From positions 248,054 through 280,053 of the forward strand of contig NZ_JHUX01000003.1 in NCBI RefSeq assembly GCF_000619845.1: a stretch of DNA of 32,000 nt, given 5' to 3'. Position numbers and translations under genes: made by a program. Source of the stretch: Alkanindiges illinoisensis DSM 15370. Lineage in GTDB: Bacteria > Pseudomonadota > Gammaproteobacteria > Pseudomonadales > Moraxellaceae. Shown here piece by piece: positions 9,997-18,570 of this stretch (the stretch's first letter is position 1; every line of letters begins with the position of its first letter). The notes below the pieces were generated by a model. It was not told where the DNA came from and made no database searches. It saw nothing but the letters and a program-made list of their open reading frames with translations.

Positions 9997-10377
9997 ATGT
10001 CTGAACCAGTTTCGACGTATGGGGCAGGGGCATTGCTCAAGGCTTATGGCGCTGGCCTGATCATTGGCTTGTTTATTGTGTTGGGTTATCTGGTTGTGAT
10101 TATGACTCGGATGCCACGCACACGGCCAGAGTGGGCTGTTGGGCTGATTGCAACAGTGGTATCCAGTTTAGCTGGCGGCTCATTTTTGGTGATTAAGTAC
10201 CAGCTTCATTCCTGGGGTAATGATTATTACGGCATGGTCGCTTTAGGCGGCTTTTATTTTGCCTGCGGATTGCCGGGCTGGGCGCTGATCCGCTGGATAT
10301 TCAATTTTATCAACCAGCGCGAGGGCGCCACGATTATTGATGTTGTCCGTGAAGTGAAGGACGAGATCCAAAAATAA
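9997..10377 (+). CDS. Putative holin (three predicted transmembrane segments, charged C-terminal tail)
   Basis: The ATG at 9997 is preceded by GGAAGGGA. Three hydrophobic stretches are followed by a charged tail (REVKDEIQK). The gene sits directly upstream of the endolysin. The call rests on position and topology only. Confidence 0.5.
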   Translation: MSEPVSTYGAGALLKAYGAGLIIGLFIVLGYLVVIMTRMPRTRPEWAVGLIATVVSSLAGGSFLVIKYQLHSWGNDYYGMVALGGFYFACGLPGWALIRWIFNFINQREGATIIDVVREVKDEIQK

Positions 10378-10398
10378 CCGGTGTTTTTTTATTCATTA

Positions 10399-10425
10399 AG
10401 ACTTCCTGCAGGAAGTCTTTTTTTT
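10399..10425 (+). terminator. Rho-independent terminator between the holin and endolysin genes
   Basis: Perfect stem AGACTTCC (10399-10406) / GGAAGTCT (10411-10418), TGCA loop, then seven T. Confidence 0.75.
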
Positions 10426-10444
10426 ATGTCTGAAGGGAAATATT

Positions 10445-11209
10445 ATGCTACTGAAGAAAGGTAATACTGGGTCAGCTGTCAAACGATTGCAAACTGCACT
10501 GGCCAAGCAAGGGTTATATATTTATTTGGTAGATGGTGACTTTGGCCAAAAGACTGAAGATGCACTAAAAGCGTACCAGCAAAAATTCAATGTCAAACCT
10601 GATGGCATTTTAGGTGACTATATTGCCGGCAAGCTCGGCCTGGTATTATCTGTGCCAGCTGGTGCACCAGCAAACACTAAACCGGTTATTGTGCTCACTG
10701 CTGGCCATAGTCTGGTAGATCCGGGCGCGTGTAATGGAAAATTCACTGAAGCCGGGATTGTGCGGGAAGTGCGTAACGGCGTAACGGCCATATTGAACAG
10801 TCGAGGCTACAAAGTCATTAATGATGGCACTGGAAACGACAACCAGGCTTTAAGCAAAGCTGCTGCACTAGTCAAACAGGGTAAAATCGCTATCGAGTTT
10901 CACTTGAATGCTGCAACCAGTAAAGCGGCCACCGGTGTTGAAGCATTAGCTCAATCGAAAGATAAAGCGATCTGTCAAAAACTGTGTAGTGCGCTCTCAA
11001 GCGTGCTTGATATTCCTGTACGCGGTGGCAATGGTGGCTGGAAGGATGAAGGCAGTGGCCAGCACAGCAAACTTGCCTACGTCAGTGCCGGAGGCATCAT
11101 TCTTGAGCTATTTTTCATCAGCAACGATGCAGAGCTGCAAAAATACTTCGACCGCAAGGATCAAGTGTTTACGGCCATTGCTGATGTACTGAGTGAAAAT
11201 TTAACATGA
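10445..11209 (+). CDS. Endolysin: N-terminal peptidoglycan-binding domain (PG_binding_1) plus N-acetylmuramoyl-L-alanine amidase (Amidase_3-like)
   Basis: GNTGSAVKRLQTALAKQG...DGDFGQKTEDALKAYQQKFNVKPDGILG is a typical PG_binding_1 repeat. VLTAGHS..DPGA and IEFHLNA...ATGVEAL fit the zinc amidase pattern. No signal peptide is present. Confidence 0.75.
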   Translation: MLLKKGNTGSAVKRLQTALAKQGLYIYLVDGDFGQKTEDALKAYQQKFNVKPDGILGDYIAGKLGLVLSVPAGAPANTKPVIVLTAGHSLVDPGACNGKFTEAGIVREVRNGVTAILNSRGYKVINDGTGNDNQALSKAAALVKQGKIAIEFHLNAATSKAATGVEALAQSKDKAICQKLCSALSSVLDIPVRGGNGGWKDEGSGQHSKLAYVSAGGIILELFFISNDAELQKYFDRKDQVFTAIADVLSENLT

Positions 11210-11215
11210 GAGCAT

Positions 11216-11243
11216 AAAAAAGCCCGAATTAATCGGGCTTTTT
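11216..11243. terminator. Bidirectional intrinsic terminator between convergent genes
   Basis: Stem AGCCCGA (11221-11227) / TCGGGCT (11233-11239), flanked by an A run on the left and a T run on the right. Confidence 0.7.
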
Positions 11244-11246
11244 ACA

Positions 11247-12020
11247 TCATGCACGAGTTATTTTACGATTAAACATTTCAGATAAGGCAGCATCTAAAGC
11301 ATCTTCCTGCTCTTCTGTGCGATCTGCATAAATTTCAATACAAGGGGCCATAGGGGATAACTTAGCTTGCACGAGTGCCTGACGAATTTCTTTAATCTCA
11401 GCAACATCGTTAGCAGATAAAGTACTATGAGTATCAATCGCAGTAATTGAAAAAGAAGATTCTTTTCCTAATTCTTTGTTCATAACAAACCCCTTAACAG
11501 CCATAGCATGGCTAACATCATCTATCGTCATCTCAGTTGTTGCTTCTGGTAAATTGTGACTACTTGTGGCAATTTCGTAAAAATGAACATGGCTTCCAGT
11601 ATGTACATCACGATGTGAAGCTGAATGAACAGCTTTTTTAGCACATTTATTAACTTCCCAGCATGTGATTGCAGGTAAGGTTCCTGAGCCTGTGATTGAA
11701 AGTATATCTTTATGGAAAATTCTTTGATTCTCGTGATAAAAATGCTTACCGTTTTCTAAATCAATAATGCAAATAGCCATAGAATGAGCAGAAGGTCTAG
11801 GAGTACTATAATCTCCTTTTAACCAATCTTTCCATTTTTGAATAGCTGTTCCAGAGCCTGCAAAAAGAAAGCCAAATGCGTGCTGTTCAACATCTTTAAT
11901 CACGAGTTTTGGGTAATTGACCTCGTCAATATATACCATCCACTTAGAAGGTGCCAGCGTTGACCATCGAGTATCTGCTGCTATAATTCCATTTAAACCG
12001 TCAAATACATTTGTTGTCAC
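11247..12020 (-). CDS. Prophage-end orphan: N-terminal HslV/proteasome-beta-like Ntn-hydrolase-like region plus an uncharacterised acidic C-terminal region
   Basis: GTG start preceded by GAGAG. Visibly A/T-rich and on the opposite strand to the phage late genes. MTTNVFDGLNGIIAADTRWS parallels HslV [22 protein letters not shown] and proteasome beta TTIV....GVVLAADTR. FLFAGSGTAIQKW parallels GFAGGTADAF. ITGSGTLPAI parallels IAIGSGGPYA. The assignment is by eye only. Confidence 0.4.
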   Translation of the reverse strand: MTTNVFDGLNGIIAADTRWSTLAPSKWMVYIDEVNYPKLVIKDVEQHAFGFLFAGSGTAIQKWKDWLKGDYSTPRPSAHSMAICIIDLENGKHFYHENQRIFHKDILSITGSGTLPAITCWEVNKCAKKAVHSASHRDVHTGSHVHFYEIATSSHNLPEATTEMTIDDVSHAMAVKGFVMNKELGKESSFSITAIDTHSTLSANDVAEIKEIRQALVQAKLSPMAPCIEIYADRTEEQEDALDAALSEMFNRKITRA

Positions 12021-12339
12021 TAAATACTCTCTATTATTTTCATTAAAATAAGTATGAAAAAATTGACGCGAATCCTACACAATAAAGTTCAAAAAAACAA
12101 CGCTATTTTTTAGTGGAATTCGGCCTTACATTTTTTAAATTATTAATAATTATTTTAAAAATTGTCCAGTCCATTTATCGGATCTATCCATGAATTTTAA
12201 AGATATCCTTTTATACTTACTAATACCGATATTCTGAATAGGCATTTTTCAAAATTTAATCATATTGCAGTATAAGTAAAACCTTATGTTTTACGACTTC
12301 CTACTTTATATAAAAAATCAGAGCGCAGGTTTCTTTGTC

Positions 12340-12348
12340 TGCTATAAT
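12340..12348 (+). promoter_or_regulatory. Extended -10 promoter element upstream of lepA
   Basis: TGCTATAAT matches the TGnTATAAT consensus and lies about 90 nt upstream of the lepA ATG. No convincing -35 element was seen. Confidence 0.4.
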
Positions 12349-12438
12349 CGCGCATCTTTAATTATTGCCTGCATTCAATCGAATGCCGCAAAAATATTCT
12401 ATGTACAAAGTGCTGTACATATTGCTGAGTTTTATTGA

Positions 12439-14259
12439 ATGTCAAGTAACGTAACTCGTTGTAAAATAGAGAATATTAGAAACTTCTCGATTATTGCTCA
12501 TATTGACCACGGCAAGTCCACGCTGGCTGACCGTTTTATTCAGCGTTGTGGCGGCTTGCAGGATCGTGAAATGCAGGCGCAGGTTCTAGATTCCATGGAT
12601 CTGGAGCGTGAGCGTGGTATTACCATTAAGGCTCACTCAGTAACGCTCTACTATAATCATCCCAACGGGGAGCGTTACCAGCTCAATTTTATTGATACGC
12701 CGGGTCATGTTGATTTTTCCTATGAAGTGTCTCGCTCGCTGGCGGCCTGCGAAGGGGCTTTGCTGGTCGTTGATGCTGCACAAGGTGTGGAGGCGCAATC
12801 CGTTGCAAACTGTTATACCGCAATTGATCAGGGACTTGAAGTTTTACCTGTCCTGAACAAGATTGACTTGCCACAGGTTGAGCCAGAACGTGTCATCAAG
12901 GAAATTGAGGAAATCATTGGTATTGAAGCTGAAGATGCGCCGCGTGTTTCTGCGAAATCAGGCTTGGGCATTGATGAACTGCTGGCCACGCTGGTAGATC
13001 GTATTCCTGCGCCAACCGGAGATCGTGATGCACCGCTACAGGCCTTGATCATTGATTCCTGGTTTGACAATTATCTGGGTGTCGTGTCTTTGGTTCGGGT
13101 ACGTCATGGCCGTATCAAAAAAGGCGATAAAATGCTGGTGAAGTCAACCGGCATGAGCCATCTGGTAACTTCTGTGGGCGTATTTAACCCCAAGCATCAA
13201 GAAACTGGTTTGCTAGAGGCTGGTGAAGTTGGCTTTGTGATTGCGGGCATTAAGGACATTTTTGGCGCACCAGTAGGTGATACCATTACCCTGCACAGTA
13301 CCCCTGATGTAGAGATATTACCCGGTTTTAAACAGGTTAAGCCACAGGTTTATGCGGGTTTATTCCCCATTGATTCCAGTGATTTCGAGGCGTTTCGCGA
13401 AGCATTGCAAAAGCTACAAATTAATGACGCCGCGCTATTTTTTGAGCCGGAAAGCTCGGATGCACTGGGCTTTGGTTTTCGCTGTGGTTTTCTGGGTATG
13501 TTGCACATGGAAATTGTGCAGGAGCGCTTGGAGCGGGAATACGATCTTGATCTGATTACATCGGCGCCGACTGTAATTTATGAAGCCGTTAAGAAAAATG
13601 GCGACACCGTTTATATTGATAACCCGTCCAAAATGCCGGATGGCGGTACTGTTGAAGATTTGCGTGAGCCGATTGCCGAGTGTCATATTTTAGTTCCTCA
13701 GGAGTATCTGGGTAACGTGATGACCTTGTGCATTGAGCGCCGTGGTATTCAAAAAGATCTTAAGTTTCTGGGCAATCAGGTTGCTGTAACTTTTGAAATC
13801 CCCATGGGTGAAGTGGTGATGGATTTCTTTGACCGTTTAAAATCAGTATCCCGTGGTTTTGCCTCGCTGGATTATAATTTTGTCCGTTTTGAAAGCTCGA
13901 GTCTGGTTAAGGTTGATGTGCTGATTAACGGTGAAAAAGTCGATGCACTGGCCATGATTTGCCATCGTAATGATGCGCGTTATCGGGGCAATGCACTGGT
14001 TGAAAAAATGAAAGACCTGATTCCGCGTCAGATGTTTGATGTCGCCATTCAGGCAGCGATTGGTGGTCAGATCATTGCACGCTCTACGGTTAAGGCCATG
14101 CGTAAAAACGTTCTGGCCAAATGCTATGGCGGTGACGTATCGCGTAAGAAAAAACTGCTGTCCAAGCAAAAAGAAGGTAAAAAACGCATGAAGCAGGTGG
14201 GGAGTGTTGAAATTCCTCAAGAAGCGTTCTTGGCGGTGTTACAGGTTGATAAAAAATAA
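12439..14259 (+). CDS. lepA: Elongation factor 4 (translational GTPase LepA)
   Basis: [20 protein letters not shown] (G1), DTPGHVDF (G3), NKIDL (G4), and collinear similarity to E. coli LepA across the full length. Confidence 0.97.
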   Translation: MSSNVTRCKIENIRNFSIIAHIDHGKSTLADRFIQRCGGLQDREMQAQVLDSMDLERERGITIKAHSVTLYYNHPNGERYQLNFIDTPGHVDFSYEVSRSLAACEGALLVVDAAQGVEAQSVANCYTAIDQGLEVLPVLNKIDLPQVEPERVIKEIEEIIGIEAEDAPRVSAKSGLGIDELLATLVDRIPAPTGDRDAPLQALIIDSWFDNYLGVVSLVRVRHGRIKKGDKMLVKSTGMSHLVTSVGVFNPKHQETGLLEAGEVGFVIAGIKDIFGAPVGDTITLHSTPDVEILPGFKQVKPQVYAGLFPIDSSDFEAFREALQKLQINDAALFFEPESSDALGFGFRCGFLGMLHMEIVQERLEREYDLDLITSAPTVIYEAVKKNGDTVYIDNPSKMPDGGTVEDLREPIAECHILVPQEYLGNVMTLCIERRGIQKDLKFLGNQVAVTFEIPMGEVVMDFFDRLKSVSRGFASLDYNFVRFESSSLVKVDVLINGEKVDALAMICHRNDARYRGNALVEKMKDLIPRQMFDVAIQAAIGGQIIARSTVKAMRKNVLAKCYGGDVSRKKKLLSKQKEGKKRMKQVGSVEIPQEAFLAVLQVDKK

Positions 14260-14358
14260 GACTGCAAATAAGCGTGAGGAGCACTGCTCCGCAAGGCTTT
14301 GCGCAGTCGCAAAACAGGCAGTTAGGCTGCAAGTGAAATTGCTGAAGAGGAACGCGCT

Positions 14359-15177
14359 GTGGATTTTGATTTTAATTTGATTTTGGTACCAGCAACGCTG
14401 ATCTTTTTTATGATCTGGCTACTGGATAAATTAATCTGGAAGCAACGCGCAACTCGCGGCCGCGATGGCGAAAATATTATAATTGGCTGGGCTTATGATT
14501 TCTGGCCTGTGCTGGCGCTGGTGCTAGTAATTCGTTCCTTTGTGGTTGAACCATTCAATATTCCGTCTGAATCCATGGTACCTACCTTGCAGACTGGTGA
14601 TTTTATTCTGGTCAACAAGTATAGCTATGGTGTGCGTCTGCCAATTAGTAATACCAAGTTTTTGCAGACTGGTGAACCCCAGCGTGGCGAGGTCGTGGTG
14701 TTCCGTTATCCCTTGCAGCCCACTGTAAACTATATCAAGCGGGTGGTGGGCTTGCCGGGCGACCATATTGTCTATGACCGTGGCACATTAAGCATCAATG
14801 GTAAGCTGATTTTCAAGAAAGCCTTGGCAGATCAGGGAAATCCTGAATATGAGCGGTTTTATCAGGAAACGCTGGGTACGCATGCCCATACCATTCGTGA
14901 GTTGAATGGTGCTAACTCTGCTTCTATCGCACCGTTTATTAACAGTCAGGCCAATGAAGGTGGCAAATATGCCGCAACCAACGGCCAGCACTGGGAAGTT
15001 AAGGTGCCGCAGGGTCATTATTTTATGATGGGTGACAACCGTGACCAGAGTGCGGATAGTCGTTTCTGGGGCTTTGTGCCGGAACAAAACCTGTCAGGTC
15101 GTGCTTTTTATGTATGGATGCATAAAGAACCGGGTTTCCATATTCCAAGTTTTGCCAGAAATGGTAGGATTAATTAG
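14359..15177 (+). CDS. lepB: Signal peptidase I
   Basis: PSESMVPTL (catalytic Ser box), YIKRVVGLPGD (Lys box) and GDNRDQSADSRFWGFVP are the canonical S26 boxes. GTG start preceded by GAAGAGGAA. Confidence 0.95.
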   Translation: MDFDFNLILVPATLIFFMIWLLDKLIWKQRATRGRDGENIIIGWAYDFWPVLALVLVIRSFVVEPFNIPSESMVPTLQTGDFILVNKYSYGVRLPISNTKFLQTGEPQRGEVVVFRYPLQPTVNYIKRVVGLPGDHIVYDRGTLSINGKLIFKKALADQGNPEYERFYQETLGTHAHTIRELNGANSASIAPFINSQANEGGKYAATNGQHWEVKVPQGHYFMMGDNRDQSADSRFWGFVPEQNLSGRAFYVWMHKEPGFHIPSFARNGRIN

Positions 15178-15214
15178 GTAAAGCAGGGACTGGATCATTA
15201 AAAGGAATAATATC

Positions 15215-15601
15215 ATGATCAATATGAAAGCGCAGCGTGGTGCCTCTTACTGGGGCATTATGATAGGAATAATGCTGGGAGTAATAGTAATCAAGGCAGC
15301 ACTGATTACCTGGCCGGCGTACTGGGACAACCGTCTGATTAATGCCTCAATTGAAGAAAAGTTAAGAAGTTCAACCAGCAGTGATCCGGCCAAGTTTGTA
15401 CAGGATCTAGAACAGCAATTTAGCCTGAATAATTTACGTGATGTCCAAGCCAAAGACATTATGAAAGTCAGCAACAGCGGTGGTGAACTGGTGGTACAAC
15501 TGGATTATGAAGTCCGCAAAAATTTTATGGGCAATGTTGATTTGGTCATGTCATTTGAAAAGCAGTTTGACCAGCGTGCCATTAAGGCAGGTGCCAAATA
15601 G
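15215..15601 (+). CDS. DUF4845-like small membrane-anchored protein
   Basis: A single N-terminal transmembrane helix. The position between lepB and rnc is conserved, as in Pseudomonas-type operons. RBS AAAGGAA lies 8 nt upstream. Confidence 0.6.
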   Translation: MINMKAQRGASYWGIMIGIMLGVIVIKAALITWPAYWDNRLINASIEEKLRSSTSSDPAKFVQDLEQQFSLNNLRDVQAKDIMKVSNSGGELVVQLDYEVRKNFMGNVDLVMSFEKQFDQRAIKAGAK

Positions 15602-15649
15602 CAGCATGATCGTAACAGGTAAAAATGAATAGGCAGGTGAAACATCAAT

Positions 15650-16333
15650 TTGGTTAATCAACAGCGCTTACTGAGCCGACTGGGCTATCAGTTTAATGAT
15701 CAGGGTTTGTTCAGACAGGCGCTCACGCATCGTTCAGTCAGCCAGCGTCACAATTATGAGCGTCTGGAATTTCTCGGTGATGCGCTGCTGGGCGTGATTA
15801 TTGCGCAATACTTGTATCACCGTTTTCCTGAGGAACAGGAAGGGCGATTAACCCGTATGCGTGCTACACTGGTCCGTCAGGAGTCACTGGCCTGTATTGC
15901 CCGTGATCTCAAACTGGGTGAATCACTGATTTTAAGCACGGGTGAGATGAAAAGCGGTGGACACCATCGTGAGTCCATTCTGGCCGATACAGTGGAAGCC
16001 CTGATTGGTGCCATTTTTCTGGACTGTAGTGATCTGGAACAAATCCGGCCGCTGGTGCTTAAGTGGTATGAACCTTATCTGGCTGACCTGATGCCAACCG
16101 ATGCACTGAAAGATCCCAAAACCCGCTTGCAGGAATATTTACAGGGGCGGCACCTGCCATTGCCGGAATACAAACTGGTTGAGGTGCGTGGTGAAGCGCC
16201 CAACCAGCATTTTACCATTCACTGTCAAGTGACCAATGTTCCTGTTGCCGTAGGTGAAGGAGCAAGCCGTCGTAATGCTGAGCAAACTGCTGCCAGTGTC
16301 ATTTTAAAGCAATTGGAGCAGGCATCATCATGA
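15650..16333 (+). CDS. rnc: Ribonuclease III
   Basis: ALTHRS....[13 protein letters not shown] signature plus a C-terminal dsRBD (GEAPNQHF....[14 protein letters not shown]). TTG start inferred by alignment with the E. coli N-terminus. Confidence 0.95.
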   Translation: MVNQQRLLSRLGYQFNDQGLFRQALTHRSVSQRHNYERLEFLGDALLGVIIAQYLYHRFPEEQEGRLTRMRATLVRQESLACIARDLKLGESLILSTGEMKSGGHHRESILADTVEALIGAIFLDCSDLEQIRPLVLKWYEPYLADLMPTDALKDPKTRLQEYLQGRHLPLPEYKLVEVRGEAPNQHFTIHCQVTNVPVAVGEGASRRNAEQTAASVILKQLEQASS

Positions 16334-17433
16334 CCACGCAACCCAACAATATTCATTCAAATTCTGAAATGCAAAATCCTGAAAAGGATGATTCTCAGGC
16401 TAACGCGATAACGACAAGTGACAGCAGCAATAGTGACAATGCAGACCATGCTAGTCCGCAGGATGTCATTGGTCAGTTCTTTAAAGATAGCCCTGCCGAG
16501 ATTCCGGCAGACTTCCGTTGTGGCTTTGTGGCAATTGTTGGCCGTCCTAATGTGGGCAAATCGACATTGATGAACCACCTGATTGGCCAGAAGCTCTCGA
16601 TCACGTCGCGCAAGCCACAAACCACCCGTCATAAAATTGTGGGTATTGATACCCGCGATAACGTACAGGCTGTCTATGTTGATACACCGGGCATGCATAA
16701 AAAAGAAGTGCGCGCCATCAACAAAATGATGAACCGTGCGGCTTCATCTGCCTTGCGTGATGTGAATCTGGTGCTGTTCGTGGTGGATAGCATGAAATGG
16801 GTGCCAGATGATGAGTTGGTGCTGGAAAAGCTCAAGAATGCTGATATGCCAGTTATTATGGTGATCAATAAGGTAGATACCATTGAAGAAAAACGCACCT
16901 TGCTACCGTTAATAGAGCAGCATGGCAAACGAATGAAGTTTAGCGATATTGTGCCAGTTTCTGCCTTGCGCGGTGCCAATCTTGAGCATTTGCATGAGGT
17001 GATTGCCAAATATCTGCCTTTTGCACCACCGATGTATGCTATTGACCAGTTAACGGATCGTTCAGAGCGCTTTTTGGCCAGTGAAATTGTGCGTGAAAAA
17101 ATCATGCGTCAACTGGGTGAAGAGTTGCCTTATGATCTGGCGGTGCAAATTGAATCCTTTAAGGAAGAACCCGCCACGATTAATGAAAAAACTGGCAAAC
17201 CCAAGCCAGCCTGTTTATATATTGATGCCACAATATTGGTGGAACGTCAGGGCCAGAAACTGATTGTGATTGGTGACAAAGGCCGCAAGCTTAAACAAAT
17301 TGGTATGGAAGCCCGTATCGACATGGAAAAAATGTTTGAGCAAAAAGTCATGCTCACCTTATGGGTGAAGGTCAAAGGTGGCTGGTCGGATGATGAGCGT
17401 GCATTAAAAAGCTTGGGCTATAGTGATATCTGA
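16330..17433 (+). CDS. era: GTPase Era with a roughly 60-aa low-complexity N-terminal extension
   Basis: [16 protein letters not shown] (G1), DTPG, NKVD, and a C-terminal KH domain. ATGA overlap with the rnc stop. Confidence 0.93.
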   Translation: MTTQPNNIHSNSEMQNPEKDDSQANAITTSDSSNSDNADHASPQDVIGQFFKDSPAEIPADFRCGFVAIVGRPNVGKSTLMNHLIGQKLSITSRKPQTTRHKIVGIDTRDNVQAVYVDTPGMHKKEVRAINKMMNRAASSALRDVNLVLFVVDSMKWVPDDELVLEKLKNADMPVIMVINKVDTIEEKRTLLPLIEQHGKRMKFSDIVPVSALRGANLEHLHEVIAKYLPFAPPMYAIDQLTDRSERFLASEIVREKIMRQLGEELPYDLAVQIESFKEEPATINEKTGKPKPACLYIDATILVERQGQKLIVIGDKGRKLKQIGMEARIDMEKMFEQKVMLTLWVKVKGGWSDDERALKSLGYSDI

Positions 17434-17493
17434 GCGGATTAATGCACAAGGGTTACCAGTAGCTTAGTCAGATTTAGTAGGCGGGATGTGATA

Positions 17494-17676
17494 ATGAAGT
17501 TGATAAATGTATTGACCCTATTAACGCTGGCGCTTGGCCTGCAAGCCTGCCTGGGTACCAAGGTGGTCACCGTACCAGTAAAAGTGGCGTATGGCACCAC
17601 CAAGGCCGTGGTTAAGGGCACTGGTGCCGTGGTTGGTGCTGCCATTCCTGATGATGACGATGAGCAGAAAGAATAA
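17494..17676 (+). CDS. Small putative lipoprotein with an acidic C-terminal tail
   Basis: MKLINVLTLLTLALGLQAC is a signal peptide with a lipobox-like LQAC. The mature part is Val/Gly/Thr/Lys-rich and ends in PDDDDEQKE. RBS-like AGGCGGGA lies upstream. The ATG at 17494 is preferred over the GTG at 17488. Confidence 0.5.
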   Translation: MKLINVLTLLTLALGLQACLGTKVVTVPVKVAYGTTKAVVKGTGAVVGAAIPDDDDEQKE

Positions 17677-17775
17677 GGGCTAGCATGCTGGGCAAGCCAG
17701 TGACAAAAATAAAAAGCACTATCATGCGGTTTTGTGCTGCAATGCTCAGGTGTTTATAGTTATGGAATTATAAAA

Positions 17776-18480
17776 GTGCGCCAGCAGCTCTTGCATGGGT
17801 TTATGCTTCACCAGCGTGCTTATCGTGAAAACAGTAAACTGGTTCATTTTTTTTCGCTGGAATTTGGCCGAATTGATGGCGTGGTTCGTGGGGCGCAAGT
17901 TCCGCTGTACCAGCCTGTTCTGTTATATGCATCTGGTAAGTCTGCCTTAAAAAGCTTGAGTAAAATTGAATGGGTCGGTGCCCCTAAAAACTTGCAGGGT
18001 TCAGCCCTGTTTGCCGGTTTCTATGCCAACGAATTGCTGGTTAGGCTAGCACCACTGGAAGAAGCCTTGCCCAACGCTTTTGGCGCCTATAGTCAGTTAC
18101 TGGATGAACTGCAAAACTTGCCTATACCGGATGACGGCAATCTGGCGCTAATGACCGCATTACGGCGATTTGAGTCGGTACTGCTGGCTGAGCTGGGCTA
18201 TGCAATTAACTTCGCACAGGATTTTTTAGGCATTGCCATTCAGCCGCAACAACTATATCGCTTTACGCCGAATGAAGGCTTTAGTCCCAACAATTCAGGT
18301 GAATTGGGTGAATACATACTGGCCATGGCTGATCCGGAATTTGCATTTACCCAGAAAGTATTGCCTGCTGAAGTGATTGCCATGTTAAGCCGGGTTTATC
18401 GCAAGGCATTGGCCGTATTATTGAACGATAAGCCTCTAAAAAGCAGGGAACTGTGGATTGCACAGCAGTCGGGCACTTAA
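17776..18480 (+). CDS. recO: DNA repair protein RecO
   Basis: GFMLHQRAYRENSKLVHFFSLEFGRIDGVVRG aligns with E. coli RecO [32 protein letters not shown]. The GTG at 17776 gives the same N-terminal length as the E. coli protein. The gene follows the rnc-era-recO order. Confidence 0.85.
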   Translation: MRQQLLHGFMLHQRAYRENSKLVHFFSLEFGRIDGVVRGAQVPLYQPVLLYASGKSALKSLSKIEWVGAPKNLQGSALFAGFYANELLVRLAPLEEALPNAFGAYSQLLDELQNLPIPDDGNLALMTALRRFESVLLAELGYAINFAQDFLGIAIQPQQLYRFTPNEGFSPNNSGELGEYILAMADPEFAFTQKVLPAEVIAMLSRVYRKALAVLLNDKPLKSRELWIAQQSGT

Positions 18481-18570
18481 ATAGCAGCAGTAAAATCAGC
18501 TGAAATCCTGTTTATATCTGAAAGTTTTTAGTGCTAAAACTCATATTTCTTAATAAAGGTGGCAAAGCCA

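Larger units (their letters stand above)
1..12020 (+). mobile_element. Right arm of an integrated siphovirus-like prophage (partial; the left part lies outside the window)
   Basis: Contiguous same-strand tail genes with ATGA or near-zero spacers, then holin plus endolysin, then a reverse-strand A/T-rich cargo gene. Conserved housekeeping genes begin at lepA (12439). The exact right boundary (attR) inside 12021-12438 could not be located. Confidence 0.75.

Noticed and set aside
10989-11192. A 67-aa ORF embedded out-of-frame in the endolysin 3' end, considered as an embedded Rz1-like or unimolecular spanin.
   Set aside because: It has no lipobox Cys after a signal sequence, no C-terminal transmembrane segment and no RBS. 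It is probably a chance ORF.
12061-12085. GCGAATCC, resembling a tRNA T-loop (GTTCGAATCC), considered as a tRNA 3' fragment marking attR.
   Set aside because: The flanking bases do not form a T-stem or acceptor stem in either orientation. No cloverleaf can be drawn.
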